Of a stretch of DNA of 40,788 nt, positions 1-12,460 are shown one piece after another. The stretch is from Trypethelium eluteriae. Taxonomy: Eukaryota. The notes below the pieces were generated by a model that had not been told where the DNA came from, did no database searches, and saw only the letters and a list, made by a program, of their open reading frames with translations. The DNA is taken from the NCBI GenBank assembly GCA_051942245.1, contig JAVECL010000168.1:1-40788 (forward strand), written 5' to 3'. Position 1 is the stretch's first letter; every line of letters starts with the position of its first letter. Position numbers and translations under genes: made by a program.

Positions 1-58
1 GGGACTGTGGTCTGGGGGAGGGAGAGAGAGACACTGTTTTCTGCTGTGGTGTTCTTCG

Positions 59-79
59 TTTTTTTTTTTTTTTTTTTTT
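59..79. repeat. poly-T homopolymer (~21 nt)
   Basis: Direct run of T. Confidence 0.9.
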
Positions 80-545
80 CGAGTGTATAATCATCTTTTT
101 GCTAGCGATCATCAGTTACGCGTTTGATGGATATTGCTCCCCTCCGGGGTTGAGCAGTTCCTCATTCCGTAACGGCATTACTCCGTGCTCCCCTTATGGT
201 GGAGCAGCAAAGGAGGAGGCCCTTTCGATGATCGTCAGCATTGTGCAATTTATGCATTTTTATCGCCATGGAGCCAAACTTGTTTGCCTGTGACCTTGCA
301 GTGGATCCTATCCAACATAATTCTAAGGTACTTTCTGTATGTTTCCTCTTTGTAAACTTGACGATTAAACTCACCCTCGTTTTCCTACATCATAGGTTGG
401 AGTCAGCCTCAGTATCATATGCCGTTGAAACAACCTCTTTCATTTCGCTCTTGAGAGAGCTGCTTATGGTATTTCTTTGACCAAAAATGATGTCTTACTA
501 GCCGTCAGTTTCTCTATATTCTATCTCAGAGTCAGCCTCATTTGT

Positions 546-1561
546 CTACGACGATGTCGTAGCTTCTTCCATTTTCGTTCTTAGTTGAATTCCTTCCCAA
601 GCTCTTCTCACCACATCCGCCGATACGGAACCCCTTAGTTTTCGCATGGCCTCCTCGAGTGGTAGCAAATAACTCTCATATGTTAACTCGTCACTATCAA
701 CCCCCGTTCCATGATGCTTCACAGGCTGATATCCTTCCGGCTCCATTGCTATCCGCTCCTTCAGCGTCATATTCTTCGGAAACAACTCAGGAAGAACATA
801 TGGTACTGGAAGCGGTGGTTGCTTCCTCTCCTCGTTTACCGCCTTCGCATCTTTCTCCAAAAGCTCATCCCGTGACACTCTTTGCTGCATTTTGACGACG
901 TCTTCCACGGCAGGCGGCACGGTCTCAGCTACGTACCAGAAAAGGATGTATTGCCTCTTAGAGCTCATAGGAAATAGTTCTGTCCAGATGGGTTCCGTGA
1001 AGAAGGGTGTGTACCGTGAATCCGCTTTGTCGCGAATAGAGGGCTGCCGATGCGGCAGAGGCAAGGGAAGAAGCCGATTCACATAGCCTGACTTTGGACA
1101 AAAGTATCAATGCTGGAGCCATTGCTTCAATTGGAACGTAATAAAGAGCGGAAAGCCTTTTCGGAGCAGACGGTGGTTGGACAAAAGGTGACATCTCAAG
1201 CTGAACGCTGACTTACTTCTTCATAACCTTCTCTTACAGCTCCGACCGCAGTCTCCTCATTCGCGTCCCTTCTGCCCTTAGGCAGAAACCAGTAATCTTC
1301 TTTCGGATGGTAGCAAACAACTACTCTTTCAGAAGCGACATGAAATATCGCAACGCCCGCACCAATTGTTAAGTTTTCGGCTGTGAAGTGTGCATATATT
1401 GGAGCCGAAGACTGACGTCGTGATGAGGACATAGGATCTGAAGATATGGAGGACACGTCAGGTTCAGGCGTTTGGCCATGGTCTACGCTTGGTCGCTTCG
1501 AAGGTTGATGTTGAGAGAAGCTGGGACGGAGTTTAGCGAGCCAGGACCCTTTGGACGTCAT
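546..1561 (-). CDS. Nudix hydrolase domain protein, 2 exons (1561-1217, 1091-546)
   Basis: Removing a GTAAGT...AAG intron (1216-1092) joins the two ORFs and completes a Nudix box, GRRDANEETAVGAVREGYEE|SGY. The start ATG is uncertain (1561, or the downstream MSSSRR). Confidence 0.85.
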
Positions 1562-1840
1562 CGGAAGGACAAGGCTGAGATCGACGAAACTTCGAAGTGG
1601 AGGCACGGAATACGAATAGTCTCGCTATTTCCCAAAGTCCGCCTTTAAGCGAATCTAAGGGCAATGAGGAATGGATTTTGAGGTGCTCACGGTACGCCAG
1701 AAAATTGTAGTAGAGAAATTAATATCGTGAGCCATACTTCGTAGCCTTGCGTAGCCCTGCAGGCAGCCATGCACTGAGTCACTTATCTACATTGGAAAAT
1801 CACTGACCCAAACGCCGTCAGCACCTCGCCCAGAAATTCT

Positions 1841-3731
1841 TTACATATCTCCCACTATCACTTGGATATCCCCGGTCTCACTGTGAAAGCCTAGATCACT
1901 TTGGCCATGTCCCTTTTTCGCATGTATCCTTCGCCAAGTCTCTGTAATGATCTCAAGTTGCCTACCTGCCAGGGAAACATGCCCAGTTCCCTTCACTCCC
2001 CTGAGATCTCCTTCCCATACTTGCGGATACTCGAGTTGGATCTTTCCTGATTCTGTGTAATGAGAGCTGGAAAGATGTCTCATGGGAACGTCGGAATCGA
2101 ACAACGGTGCGGAAACATCGATAGCAGTATCTCCTGAGTGGGATGCAGTATCGATCGTCGTCTTTTCTGAAGGAGCGTGGAGAGGGTGTATGGAAGCTTT
2201 GATCGAGCCAGACGATGTTCGCAGCGTAGTAGAGCTACCATGCAGGAAGATGCCTCGGATATCGCCAGAACTGGATGTCGCACGTGTGCGGAAATCGCGA
2301 TCTGGAACTGTGCCGGAGTACCAGAGACCTGGAATGGGTCCTTCTCGTAGTGAGGTTGATGTGAACTTGGATGTAGGGAAGGCTACAGTGATTGAGCCAC
2401 TGTCGGAGCGGAAGATAGATTCAGCTGGCGCCGGATAGATCTCTGATGCATTTTTGGGCTCCACAGACGCATCTACTGTACCAGACTTCGTGGAGATGGA
2501 GAGAAGGTCCCGCAACGCAAAGACGCCCTTCACGTCACCACTAACGAGATCAATGATTGTATTGCGAGACTCGAGATTGAACGACGATAAGGAGCCCCGA
2601 ACGAGAGTAATATCTGTTGTATTTAGAATGGTAGTGTCCAAGCCAGCGAACACATTAAGGTTGAAGTTGGCGCTATTGATCTGTAGATTTTCCAGTTCCA
2701 CTCCCGGGGCCACGGATATAGTAGCGCTTATACCGAGACACGGTTTTCCACTGCTGGACTTCTTCGTTTGCGCAATTTCTGGTGTCCTGATGCTGAGGGA
2801 TGTATCTGTAACGGCATATCGGACATGCTTAACTGTGTAATGATCGCTGGTTCTAAAGAACAAGCGGACTTCAAGATTGTGTGTTTGGGTAGGAGCGCCC
2901 GGCACTACACGAATGACACCTTCAACGCCACCAGGAATTGAGCCGTCGTTGTCGATGAATTCTTGGAAACTGAATGCCTCCGGTGCAGAAAAAGTGAAGA
3001 GCCTTTCTTGTGCCTCAGCCTTATATGCACAACGTGGTGGCAGATCTTCTTCCCCACGGTCTGGTATTGTAGGGAGAGTTGTACCCGGAGTATCAACATC
3101 ATTTCTCTGTTGCATATCAGCGCTGAATGTTATAAATTGGAATATCCGCTTTCCTTACATTGGACCAATTGCTAGTAAATACGAGGACCAGGATCAAGAC
3201 TATCAGTACGATGCCGATGGACGCAATTAACGTGTGTAATATTTTCCGACGCATCTGATCTGGTAGCCATGACCTTCCTCTTCTCCCCCATCTTCGCCTC
3301 TCTAGTTGGCCATCCTCGATCTCCACCGGTTCTGCCATGCTTTCGGGAGCTCTTCTTGTATTAAGAGGCGTTGTTTCGTTGGTACTGCCATAATTTGCCA
3401 AGGGCACAAAACTTTCATCTTCAGTTCTTAAACTTGAAGACATCGGATATGGACTTGCGATGGCGGCGGAGTAGGCTGGAGGTGGTGGCCCGACATCTAA
3501 TAGCGGGCTGGTCTCTGAGAGAGTATGCGAGTCTACTGTCCGTCGTCCCCGGCTCAGCGGTGTTGATGCAGCAAACTCTTGCCCATATTGCCTCGCTTCG
3601 TCGGCTTTGGTGCTGGACGATGAAGGGATTTCGATATGGGTGTTCTGAGCGCTATCGCGAGGGTTGAAATAGCCATCCGTAGGGCTTAACTCGTCCGAGA
3701 AAGATTCGTCATCAGAGTCGTAGTTGTTCAT
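1841..3731 (-). CDS. Type II membrane protein with adhesin/DUF4097-like beta-repeat domain, 2 exons (3731-3159, 3106-1841)
   Basis: A 52-nt GTAAGG...CTGAT...CAG intron joins ORFs 3117..3731 and 1841..3115 in phase. Acidic N-tail with ETSPLL and PPPAY motifs, one TM (ILHTLIASIGIVLIVLILVLVF), then repeated 'S/T-x-S-G-D/S-I/V' beta units. Confidence 0.8.
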
Positions 3732-4496
3732 GTCGAGCAGTTTGCAGTTAGAGGAATGGCGGCTTTTTCGAACGGGAGAAAGAGAGATACACGGCGGTCA
3801 AATGCGCTGATGGACAAGAATGAAGTGAGTCGTGCCATCGCTTCCATGGCAGCCTCGCCAACGAGGCATAAATATTCAGAACGCAACGATAATCGTCAAC
3901 GGGCGTACGTGGACAGCTGCAGCTACTGGAGTCTTGCAGAGGATTTGATGCAACATGCCGCGCGCAACCCCGCATCGCGTCTCTCTAGATGCTGACATAC
4001 GGGCTGTAGGGTGGTACATTATCTCGGATTCAGATTGGCGGCGACAGGGGGTTTCGTCAGGACCGAGATATGGCAAGCCTATCTACGCCTATCAGCGCAC
4101 TTCGACAGAGAGGCTTAGCCATCTGATGGGTAGACAAGGGTTTTCCGAGCAAGTCAGGCGAGTACATCCTTGCCAACTTCCATTGCGGAAAAATGGTCAA
4201 ATTAGCTTAGAAAAAGATAGACGACTATTAGAGATGTGCGATAATCCGGATTACATATCGTATAAATTACAAACTACAATGCGAATGTCTTTATCAAAAA
4301 TTGCGTTCCCAAGGACGATCTCAATGATCCTACCTTCCGCCAACACGACAAGTCAACAAAGCTTGGAATCTTAGGGCGAGGCATGGATAGAAGAACACCA
4401 AGGCTTTGCTCGGTTAGCGTCAACACCATTCCGCATGAGTTCATATTACGTGCTCTGCTTCGCGATCGGTAGGCGTCATTGCATACTGGCTGTCTC

Positions 4497-5049
4497 TTAT
4501 TTTGCCGCACTCTGAGCTCCGGTATCCTTCTCGAGGTCAGAAAACGTCTACTAAGTTGATTCGGAGCTTGCACGTACGAGGTAAACTTGATAAAAGTCCA
4601 TCTTCAGGCCTTGCTCCGTTTTGCGAAAGTGCGCATGAGCTGCCCACTCGGTTGTGGCTTCGTTGCCATCCTTGAACACATAGTCGACTGTGCCATAGAG
4701 CATGCTCTCGTCCGAACTCATACCAAAAGGGAAGATTTTTTCTGGTCGATGCAGCCTGGTGGCGACTCTTTCCCACATGAATTTTCGCATCTGAAGAATG
4801 TCTACACTCGATCAGGATCTTGGAAGAGAAATTGAACAAACCACACATTAGCTTACCTGATGTTCCTTGGAATTTGTTCGACGCCATTATGACTGTAGCG
4901 TCTGGTGTAAAATGATTTGCATATCTTTCGTGCTCGGTTGGACTATCTGATACTGCGTAGAATTCTTCGAAGAATCTTCGAATTTGGGGATCAAATGGTA
5001 TCCCAGTTGGTACATCGGCCACATAGGAAGACATGTTCACGTTCGCCAT
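4497..5049 (-). CDS. SnoaL/NTF2-like fungal protein, 3 exons (5049-4857, 4801-4578, 4526-4497)
   Basis: Spliced product ...FFEEFYAVSD...YANHFTPDATVIM...LYGTVDYVFKDG..EWAAHAHF...MDFYQVYLDTGAQSAAK*. Canonical introns; pattern typical of NTF2-like folds. Confidence 0.8.
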
Positions 5050-5768
5050 CCGAATGAAAGAATATCAATTGACCTCTTTAAAGAAAATTGATCTAGCTCA
5101 TACTCGAGAAAATTTCTGGATCTATGTTTTCGGTAGGAAAGCAGAAGGGGTATATAAGATTGTTGAGCCTTCGGGCGACGGGAAGTCGGCTTCTTTGCGC
5201 CGGAACGAGGTTGACTTACTTCCACGGAGTACTCCGGCGACAACTGAATACTACATTTGGCTATTCTGAGGTGGAGTGGCGAATATTTTTGCCCTGCAGG
5301 GGCTGAGCATGCTCCAAATCGGCGACATCATTTTGGCTTCGGGTGAGCGCTTGCAGTCGCGTGATTGTGAAGCTTACGGCCGAGCCTCTCAGCCATGTGG
5401 CATAAAAAAGGATACACAACTATTGGAAGGCAGCAACGGGGAGTGCGATGAGAATTGTCGGCTTCAAGGATAACTTTCACTCTTCCTGGCTCAAGATCTT
5501 GTTCGAGTGCTCCCGGGACTGCAAGGCCAAAGCAGGACTATCGAAGAGATCTGCTGAAAATCCTTCTACAATATCCCATTAAATTCTCTTATCCACAGTC
5601 CTTTAGTAGGCATCGCCGAGGACCCCGCAGGAAGTGAGATCAAAATATCGGCGACCTCGAGCATTAACGACGTTTTTTATTGCGCTTGCTGGTACTAGTA
5701 CGGTTATACCGTCATGTGTATCGGGTGCTCCGCATCCACTTCTGATCCACTTTTACAGGTCGCGTCGG

Positions 5769-6472
5769 CTACGTCTCGCTTGCTATCGTAAAACCGTACC
5801 ACACCATAGCTCCCAACCCAGACAGATTCAGGAGAGTCGATGCGCTATGCAGTAAACCAAAGTCCTTGTTAAGCTTTGCCATCTCGGGCGAATGGGGCCC
5901 GTTGTCGTAACTTTTCTTGCCGTCTCTTGTTTCTGCAAACTGTGAGGTTCTAAGAACGAGATCTTCAACAAGGGAAAGTACCTTGGTGCTTCCTTTGGAT
6001 CATCACTTGCGTTGTTCTTGGACCAACAAATACCCAATTTACAAGGCTTGTGACAAACATTGTTACGATTGGGATGAAGACATGTATACGATTATCCTCT
6101 GCTAGGAATCCTTTCCATCCCGAAGCTGACACGTGAGACATTACCCTCGAACCCGGATATGTGAGAGCAAGAATAACTGGGAGTACAGTTTCCATGCCAA
6201 AATAGATTGGAAAAGTCTTTTGTTGAAGCGTAGAAAATTGTGCCCTGGGAAGAGCTTGATACGCAACAACGCCAGCGATGAAAGACGACTTCGATTTAGC
6301 GGAGAATGATGTAGAAAGATGGAGGGTCCCCTACTTGATAGAAAGTCGAACCTAGAAGGGTTCCATAGCTGTAAAATTTCGTGAGAAAATGATGATTGAG
6401 TGTCTAGTTACCAAAGCCCTACCTGAGAATATGGTAGACCTTAGGATCTGAAAAACTGGTGAGATCAGGCAT
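5769..6472 (-). CDS. TMEM205-like / DUF4149 membrane protein, 4 exons (6472-6423, 6368-6335, 6288-5982, 5932-5769)
   Basis: Spliced product MPDLTSFSDPKVYHILSYGTLLGSTFYQSSFIAGVVAYQALPRAQFSTLQQKTFPIYF...NWVFVGPRTT...ETRDGKKSYD...LNKDFGLLHSASTLLNL. All three introns are GT-AG and phases are consistent. Confidence 0.85.
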
Positions 6473-6806
6473 GTCTATTGCTCCAGGAGAAATAATGGAA
6501 TATTGCAAGAAAAACGAAGCCGCAGTGTGGCTTTCCTACCAAGGTGAACTCTTGTTCTTATTTAGTCAAGGACGAAAAGGATCCTAGTGTTTTAGGGTAC
6601 ATATGGAAATCGAATGACGTCGCAGACTTTCACGTTCTTCGGTTTGCTCCAAAGTCTCACGTGAACGCGCGTTTCGTGTTCTGGCGCGACCACACCATGC
6701 GTTCGCGCGGCTACGTCAGCCTGCACCTCGCAAACACCCTCACCATGAGGGTACGTCCCAATTTTGAGCGCAAACCTCCCTGAAAGCCATCTGTCGAACG
6801 GTAGCA
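6473..6806. promoter_or_regulatory. Bidirectional promoter (DUF4149 gene / Ku80) with CACGTG, ACGCG (MCB-like) and TTTCGTG (SCB-like) motifs
   Basis: 334-bp head-to-head gap containing TCACGTGAACGCGCGTTTCGTG at 6657-6678 and further CGCG elements. Confidence 0.5.
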
Positions 6807-9175
6807 ATGGCGACGAAAGAGGCCACCGTGTTCATTATTGATATTGGAAAATCGATGTCAGAGCACAATGGTGGACGAAACGAATCTGACCTACAGTGGG
6901 CTATGCACTATATCTGGGACCGTGTTACCAGCACTGTCGCGACTGGTCGAAAGACAGCGCAGATAGGAGTCATCGCTCTGCGGTCAGATGAGACCAATCA
7001 TGACCTAAGTGGCGAGGAAGGCTATCAACACATATCTATCCTACAGCCCATCAGCCAGATACTGATGACCAATCTACGAGATCTTCGTGGATTGATTAAG
7101 TCGAGTAACACAGAAAATGGTGATGCTCTTTCAGCGCTTGTCATTGCTATCCAAATGATTGCCTCTCATTGCAAGAAGTTGCAATATGTCCGCCAAATCG
7201 TCCTCGTAACAAATGGCCGTGGTGCAATGGATACAGATGACCTACCCGATATCGCCAAAAAGCTTCTTGAGGATAGCATCGAGCTCCTGGTGGTCGGTGT
7301 TGATTTTGACGATCTCAGCTATGGCTACAAAGAAGAGGAGAAGACTGATCTGAAGCGGGAAAATGAGAAGATTTTAAAGGGCTTGACAGAGCAGGCCGGA
7401 GGAATATTTGGCACGCTCGCTCAGGCGACGGAGGAGCTTGGGATGCCTCGTGTCAAGTCGACAAGGCCTGTACCCTCCTACAAAGGGTCATTGACTTTGG
7501 GAGACACGGGCAATTACGACACAGCCCTGTCGATTAACGTTGAACGATATCCTCGGACGATGGTTGCTGCACCTCCAAGCGCAAGTAGCTTTGCTGTCAA
7601 GTCGGATTCAGCCCCAGATGAAACGTCCGCGCAGTCTTCAGCTACGGTCGTGAATGGCGATACTGCTCCAAGCGAAGGCTCTTTGGCGGCCGTCAATATG
7701 ACAAGGGTCTATCAGATTCAAGATGAGAGTGCTCCTGGAGGAAAGCGAGATGTTGACCGTGAAGAACTAGCAAAAGGCTACACCTATGGACGGAAAGCCG
7801 TGCCGATTAGCGAGTCTGAGGAGAATGTCACAAAGTTCGAGACCTCTGCAGGCTTCGAAATTATTGGCTTTGTACCAGCGGAAAGTGTAAGCTCGCGAGC
7901 AGTATTGTTAATATCGATCAGAGCTGACGGACGCTGAAACCTAGCATCAACGATTTACAGATATGTCAAGGACCAATGTGATCATTGCACAAAAGACAGA
8001 CGAGAAGCAATATCTGGCTCTATCGTCTTTTATCCATGCTTTACATGAGACAGATTCTTTCGCCGTAGCTCGACTTGTCGCAAAAGAGAACAGACCTCCT
8101 CTGATCTTAATACTCGCACCTTCAATCGAGCCCGACTGCGAATGCTTGATTGATGTGGAAATACCCTTTGCAGAAGATATTCGATCGTATAGATTTCCAC
8201 CTCTAGATAGGATCATCACTGTCTCAGGCAAGACCCTAACGCAGCACCGTAATCTCCCAAATGATGCGTTGACGAGGGCTATGGATGGCTATGTGGATCA
8301 TATGGATCTATCGTTATTCGACCGTGATGAGGAAGGGTGAGTAAGGCATACGTGATTGGACTTCAGTGTGCGAGCTAACACATTCCCAGAAACCCTACCG
8401 AGTATCTTCCTATGGACGAAACATATTCTCCAGTCCTCCATCGCTTACACCAAGCCATTCGCTGGCGCGCCGTACACCCCATGGAAGCCTTCCCGCCACC
8501 CCCAGCGGCGCTCACACGTGCTTCGAACCCTCCCGAGGAACTAATCAAAGCCGCGAAGCCGTTCCTCGACAAAGTTCAAGCCACAGGCGACGTCAAGAAA
8601 GGTATGTCATCCTTCCGCCCTCAGGATCCCCTTCCACTCCTTCCCGCATCAACCCATTAACCCACCTTTCCCCCAACCCAGTGCCTCCCAAACAGCTCTC
8701 CCGCAAACGAGCCCGCGACACCATCAAGCCCCTCTCCGGCCTCGACGTCGACGCCCTCCTCCACCAAGACCCCAGCAAGCGCCGGCGGGTCATCTCCTCC
8801 GAGAACGCCATCCCCGACTTCAAGCAGCTACTAGCCTCATCCGAGGACCCGAACGCCATTGCCGACGCGGCGCGCCAGATGGGCGCCCGCGTGCAGGAGT
8901 GGATTGAGCGCAGCCTCGGCGACAGCGGGTACGGGCGCGCGATCGAGGGCATCCGCGTGATGCGAGAGGAGCTGAGCGAGTTCGAAGAGCCGGGGCTGTA
9001 CAATGAGGTGATGCGCGGGTTGAAGGAGAGGTTGATGAAGGGGGAGTTGGGCGGGGATCGCGCGGAGATGTGGTGGTTGGTTAGGGTGAATCGGTTGGGG
9101 TTGATTGATCGAACGATGAGTGCGAGGAGTGAGGTGGATGAGGAGGAGGCGAAGCGGTTCTTGGCTGCGAAGTGA
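6807..9175 (+). CDS. ku80: Ku80, NHEJ/telomere end-binding heterodimer subunit, 4 exons (6807-7886, 7945-8336, 8390-8601, 8682-9175)
   Basis: N-terminal vWA ([17 protein letters not shown]), beta-barrel core ([22 protein letters not shown]) and C-terminal helical domain ([11 protein letters not shown]...LGLI). Three canonical introns join in frame. Confidence 0.96.
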
Positions 9176-10530
9176 GAGGCTATTCGGGTGGGGTTGCTGG
9201 TGTTTTGGATTCCGGGTTCGTTTGGCAGTGCACCTTCTTGAGGGTTTGAAAGGAGGTTACGAAGGGTCCGTTTCCCTGAGTGCTATCGAGGAGATATACC
9301 CCAAAAGTTTCTACTTGACCATAAGGCGTCGCTTCGAAATAGGAGATGCTTTGACCAAGAGCAGATTCGTAGCTTTTAATCTGAAGAGAAATTTTGTAGA
9401 TGGAAAATAAGGTCATTTTCCCTCACAAAAAGCTCTTCATGTCAGCTCAAAGGACTTCGATACGTGGTCCAGCATTTCCCACATGGCTTCTCACTGCATT
9501 TCCGTCTTCGTGAGATTATAGAGAAGCAAAGAGCACATGTTTAGACTTCTGTTGCCCGCGGCGCCATCGCGCCTTCTTGAGTACATGAGTTCTTGGGATG
9601 ATCTACCCAGCGCTGAATTGTTACTCCCAAGTTCCTGGAGTTGGTGACGCTGAGCTTAGAGACTTGGGAAGGTGGTTCAGACAGTATACGCATCACAAAA
9701 TAGTGCAGACGGAGTATCGGACTTTGATCAAGGCCTTCACAAGCCTATCATTTTGGCTACTGAACTCTCCTCAACTCAACATACATTCCATAATCCCCAC
9801 GCATCCACCCATCAGCCGTCGAATACAGACCGCCATCTCATGCATCGGGAATTTCTCCCTCCACAACATATTCCTCAGACCGAGCAATACTTCTTTCTTC
9901 AGAAAAGCGTTCAATCCTCACCACAAGACATCCCCGTCCACATAACCGGTATCTCGAGCCCACCGAGTCTGGGATCCAGACCATCGCCAAAGCAAGCAGA
10001 ACAGAACCACAAGGTTGAAAAACAGTCGTCCTTCTCTCTGCTCTCTCACGTATCGTAATTGTGGACAAGAATGAAGTAATAGAAGTTGCAGCAGCAGCAG
10101 CGACCATGAGGTAAGGGAGTTGATCGCAAGCACCCGTGCACCTTCGAATGCAAGGGAGAACAGAAAAACAACATCATCGTTAGAAAAGACAAATCCAAAC
10201 ACATTATTACATCCCCCTCTTCCCCTTCCCTTCTTCCTTTTATGCTCGTCTATGCGGGCGTGGCATGGCAGGTGGTGGGGTATCAAAGCATGCGAAAAAA
10301 CAAGGAAGCAAGTAGAGTGGTGGTGCAATGAAGACGAGAACAGAGCAAGAATGGTATTAAGACATTATGGAAGACCATTGTAGTCGGTCAGTCGTGCAGG
10401 ACGTTAAAAAGGTAAGTAGTCGGTAAAGGAGTGTGTGAAGGGGAACTGTACAGTAAGGAGCGAAGGTGTAGGAAAGGACAGTGAAGTGTATGGAAATGTA
10501 CAGGGTCATGATCAGGGCGGTGCCCGAACA

Positions 10531-12460
10531 CTACTCCACGTTCTCGGTGAACCGGGAGCCGCGTGAGCCATCCATAGAAGGATGACTTCGACCTAAAGTG
10601 CCGGGACCTACAGTCGCGGATGCGGGTGTGAGCAGTCGCTCAGAGGCATCCACACCGTCAAGTCCCGGAGCTGCTGCACTAGTGGCAGCGGGGGAATAAG
10701 GACCGCCAGGATGGATGACAGGCACACGAGCTGGGCCAGGCATAAACTTCTCCTGTTCGGCAGCATCGGTAGCGGCAGCCTCTGGAGCAACAGACTCATC
10801 GGATGGAAGATCATGAGCACCGGAAGGTCCAGCACCAGCGACACCAGCGGCACCAGCAACAGCAGCTGGGCCTGCGCCTGGAGCATCGCCCCCCATGCCG
10901 AAAGAGCCTTCGCTATCACGGTAGTAGGACGTAGGCACCGAGGAGGGCATCGGGTCTGCAAAGGGATTGATGGGGTCTGAATCAGGCCTTGCGCCACTGA
11001 ACATGGATGGAATCTTCCGGCCAGATACTCTTTGGAACCCGCGCTCAGGCGGTTCAGGAGGGGTTCGAGGTGCAGAAAAACGATTGAGGAAACCAGCCGC
11101 CGCAGCGACAGGTGGGAAACGGTTGGAGATTTGGGTCATAGGACCAGCAGCACCTGCCACTTCAGTATCATCTCCATCAAGTGGCTGTCGGGCCTGCCCT
11201 CTGCGTTTGTACCAGCGAAGAAACAGCAGGGCGACTAATAACAAGACAGCTACACCAGCCACCCCTCCTACAACACCACCGACCACGACTGGCGTGGGAG
11301 TGGTATTTGTGCCGTTGGAAGGAGCTGCGGAGGATGTACCACCCGAACCACCGCCGGGATTTCCCGTCGAACCATTTCCTCCGCCTGTGCCACCAGCACC
11401 GCCGGTCGATGATGGTTGAGAGCTTGGAGAGGAGGCGATTGAAGAAGTGCTTTGTGCATTAGTAGAACTGATTGAGGACGAGGTCGAAGACGGAGTTATG
11501 CTTGTGGCTGTGGAGGCTTCACTAGCGCTGACGGAGGCAGCAGATATTTGACTGGATAATGCTGAAGGACTCAGTGCTCCAGTGATGGAAGTCATGGATG
11601 ACGATTCTGTTGTACTCATTGGCCCAAGATCGATCGTGGTATAGCCGATTGCTCCATCAGGATACGTCGTAAATGCTGTGGTTAAGAATGAGTAATTGTT
11701 GTGAAAAAAAGATAGGATATAACTTACCGGATGTCGTGACATTTTCATTCGGTGGAAAAGTTGATGAAGCACTGGAGGTAGAATTGGACCCAGAGGGAAA
11801 TACACTAGCCGACGGAGTAGAAGGGAACGGTGTTGGCGGTGGAGTCAGGACAACCTGGGTGCTTCCGCCGTTAGCTGATGGAGTCAATCCAATCATGCCT
11901 TCTGACGGCGTAGTCTGGCTGCTGGATGAACTTCCATTCGACGAAGTCCCCGCGGCAGCGGCCGACACGGCCGGCTCTGACTCTGTCGGAATGATTGATG
12001 TGATGACCTGGCTGGTAGTCGTCGTGAAGGGGTATGACGGCACTGTGGGAACAGTCAAACTTGCGGTTGGGACTGCAGGCACAGTGAGATCAGATGGGTA
12101 AGGTACGACCGTAGGAACAGTAGGCAAGGTTGTCAGTACACTGGTGCTCCCGGCCGGGTTGATGCTCGCCTGCACTGTGACGGTAAGACCAAGCGAGATA
12201 TTTGACTCATTACTGGCTTGACGTCGATGGAAGATGGTTCCTTTGCCCTCTGACAGTTTTCGGGTGTGGCCTTGGTAGGAGGGATTACCAACTGCTTCTG
12301 GACATTGATCGCACGAGGCTTCGTAAGTAGCCGGGGCGACATCGGAGGCCTGATGAACAAATTGGGGTTTATCTGCACTTGTCCGACCAACGTCTCCCTG
12401 TTGATGTCTCCAGCGCGAGGCCGTTCTTGATATCCTCTGGCGTTTTGGTGGATGCTCCAT
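10531..12460 (-). CDS. Ser/Thr/Pro-rich single-pass membrane protein (cell-surface sensor-like), 2 exons (12460-11728, 11675-10531)
   Basis: A 52-nt GTAAGT...CAG intron joins ORFs 11657..12508 and 10531..11805. S/T-rich region, then TM VVVGGVVGGVAGVAVLLLVALLFL followed by RWYKRR, then a cytosolic tail ending SRGSRFTENVE. No obvious signal peptide at the chosen ATG. Confidence 0.75.

Noticed and set aside
9081..9087. Isolated TTAGGG words near telomere-related genes
   Set aside because: Single hexamers at chance frequency; no telomeric array.
8366..9175. 269-aa ORF as an independent gene
   Set aside because: Its 3' part is Ku80 exon 4; the 5' part is off-frame exon 3 and intron sequence.
9598..10383. 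Several overlapping 87-136 aa ORFs between ku80 and the membrane-protein gene
   Set aside because: No domain or splice logic; composition fits a long 3' UTR of the minus-strand gene.
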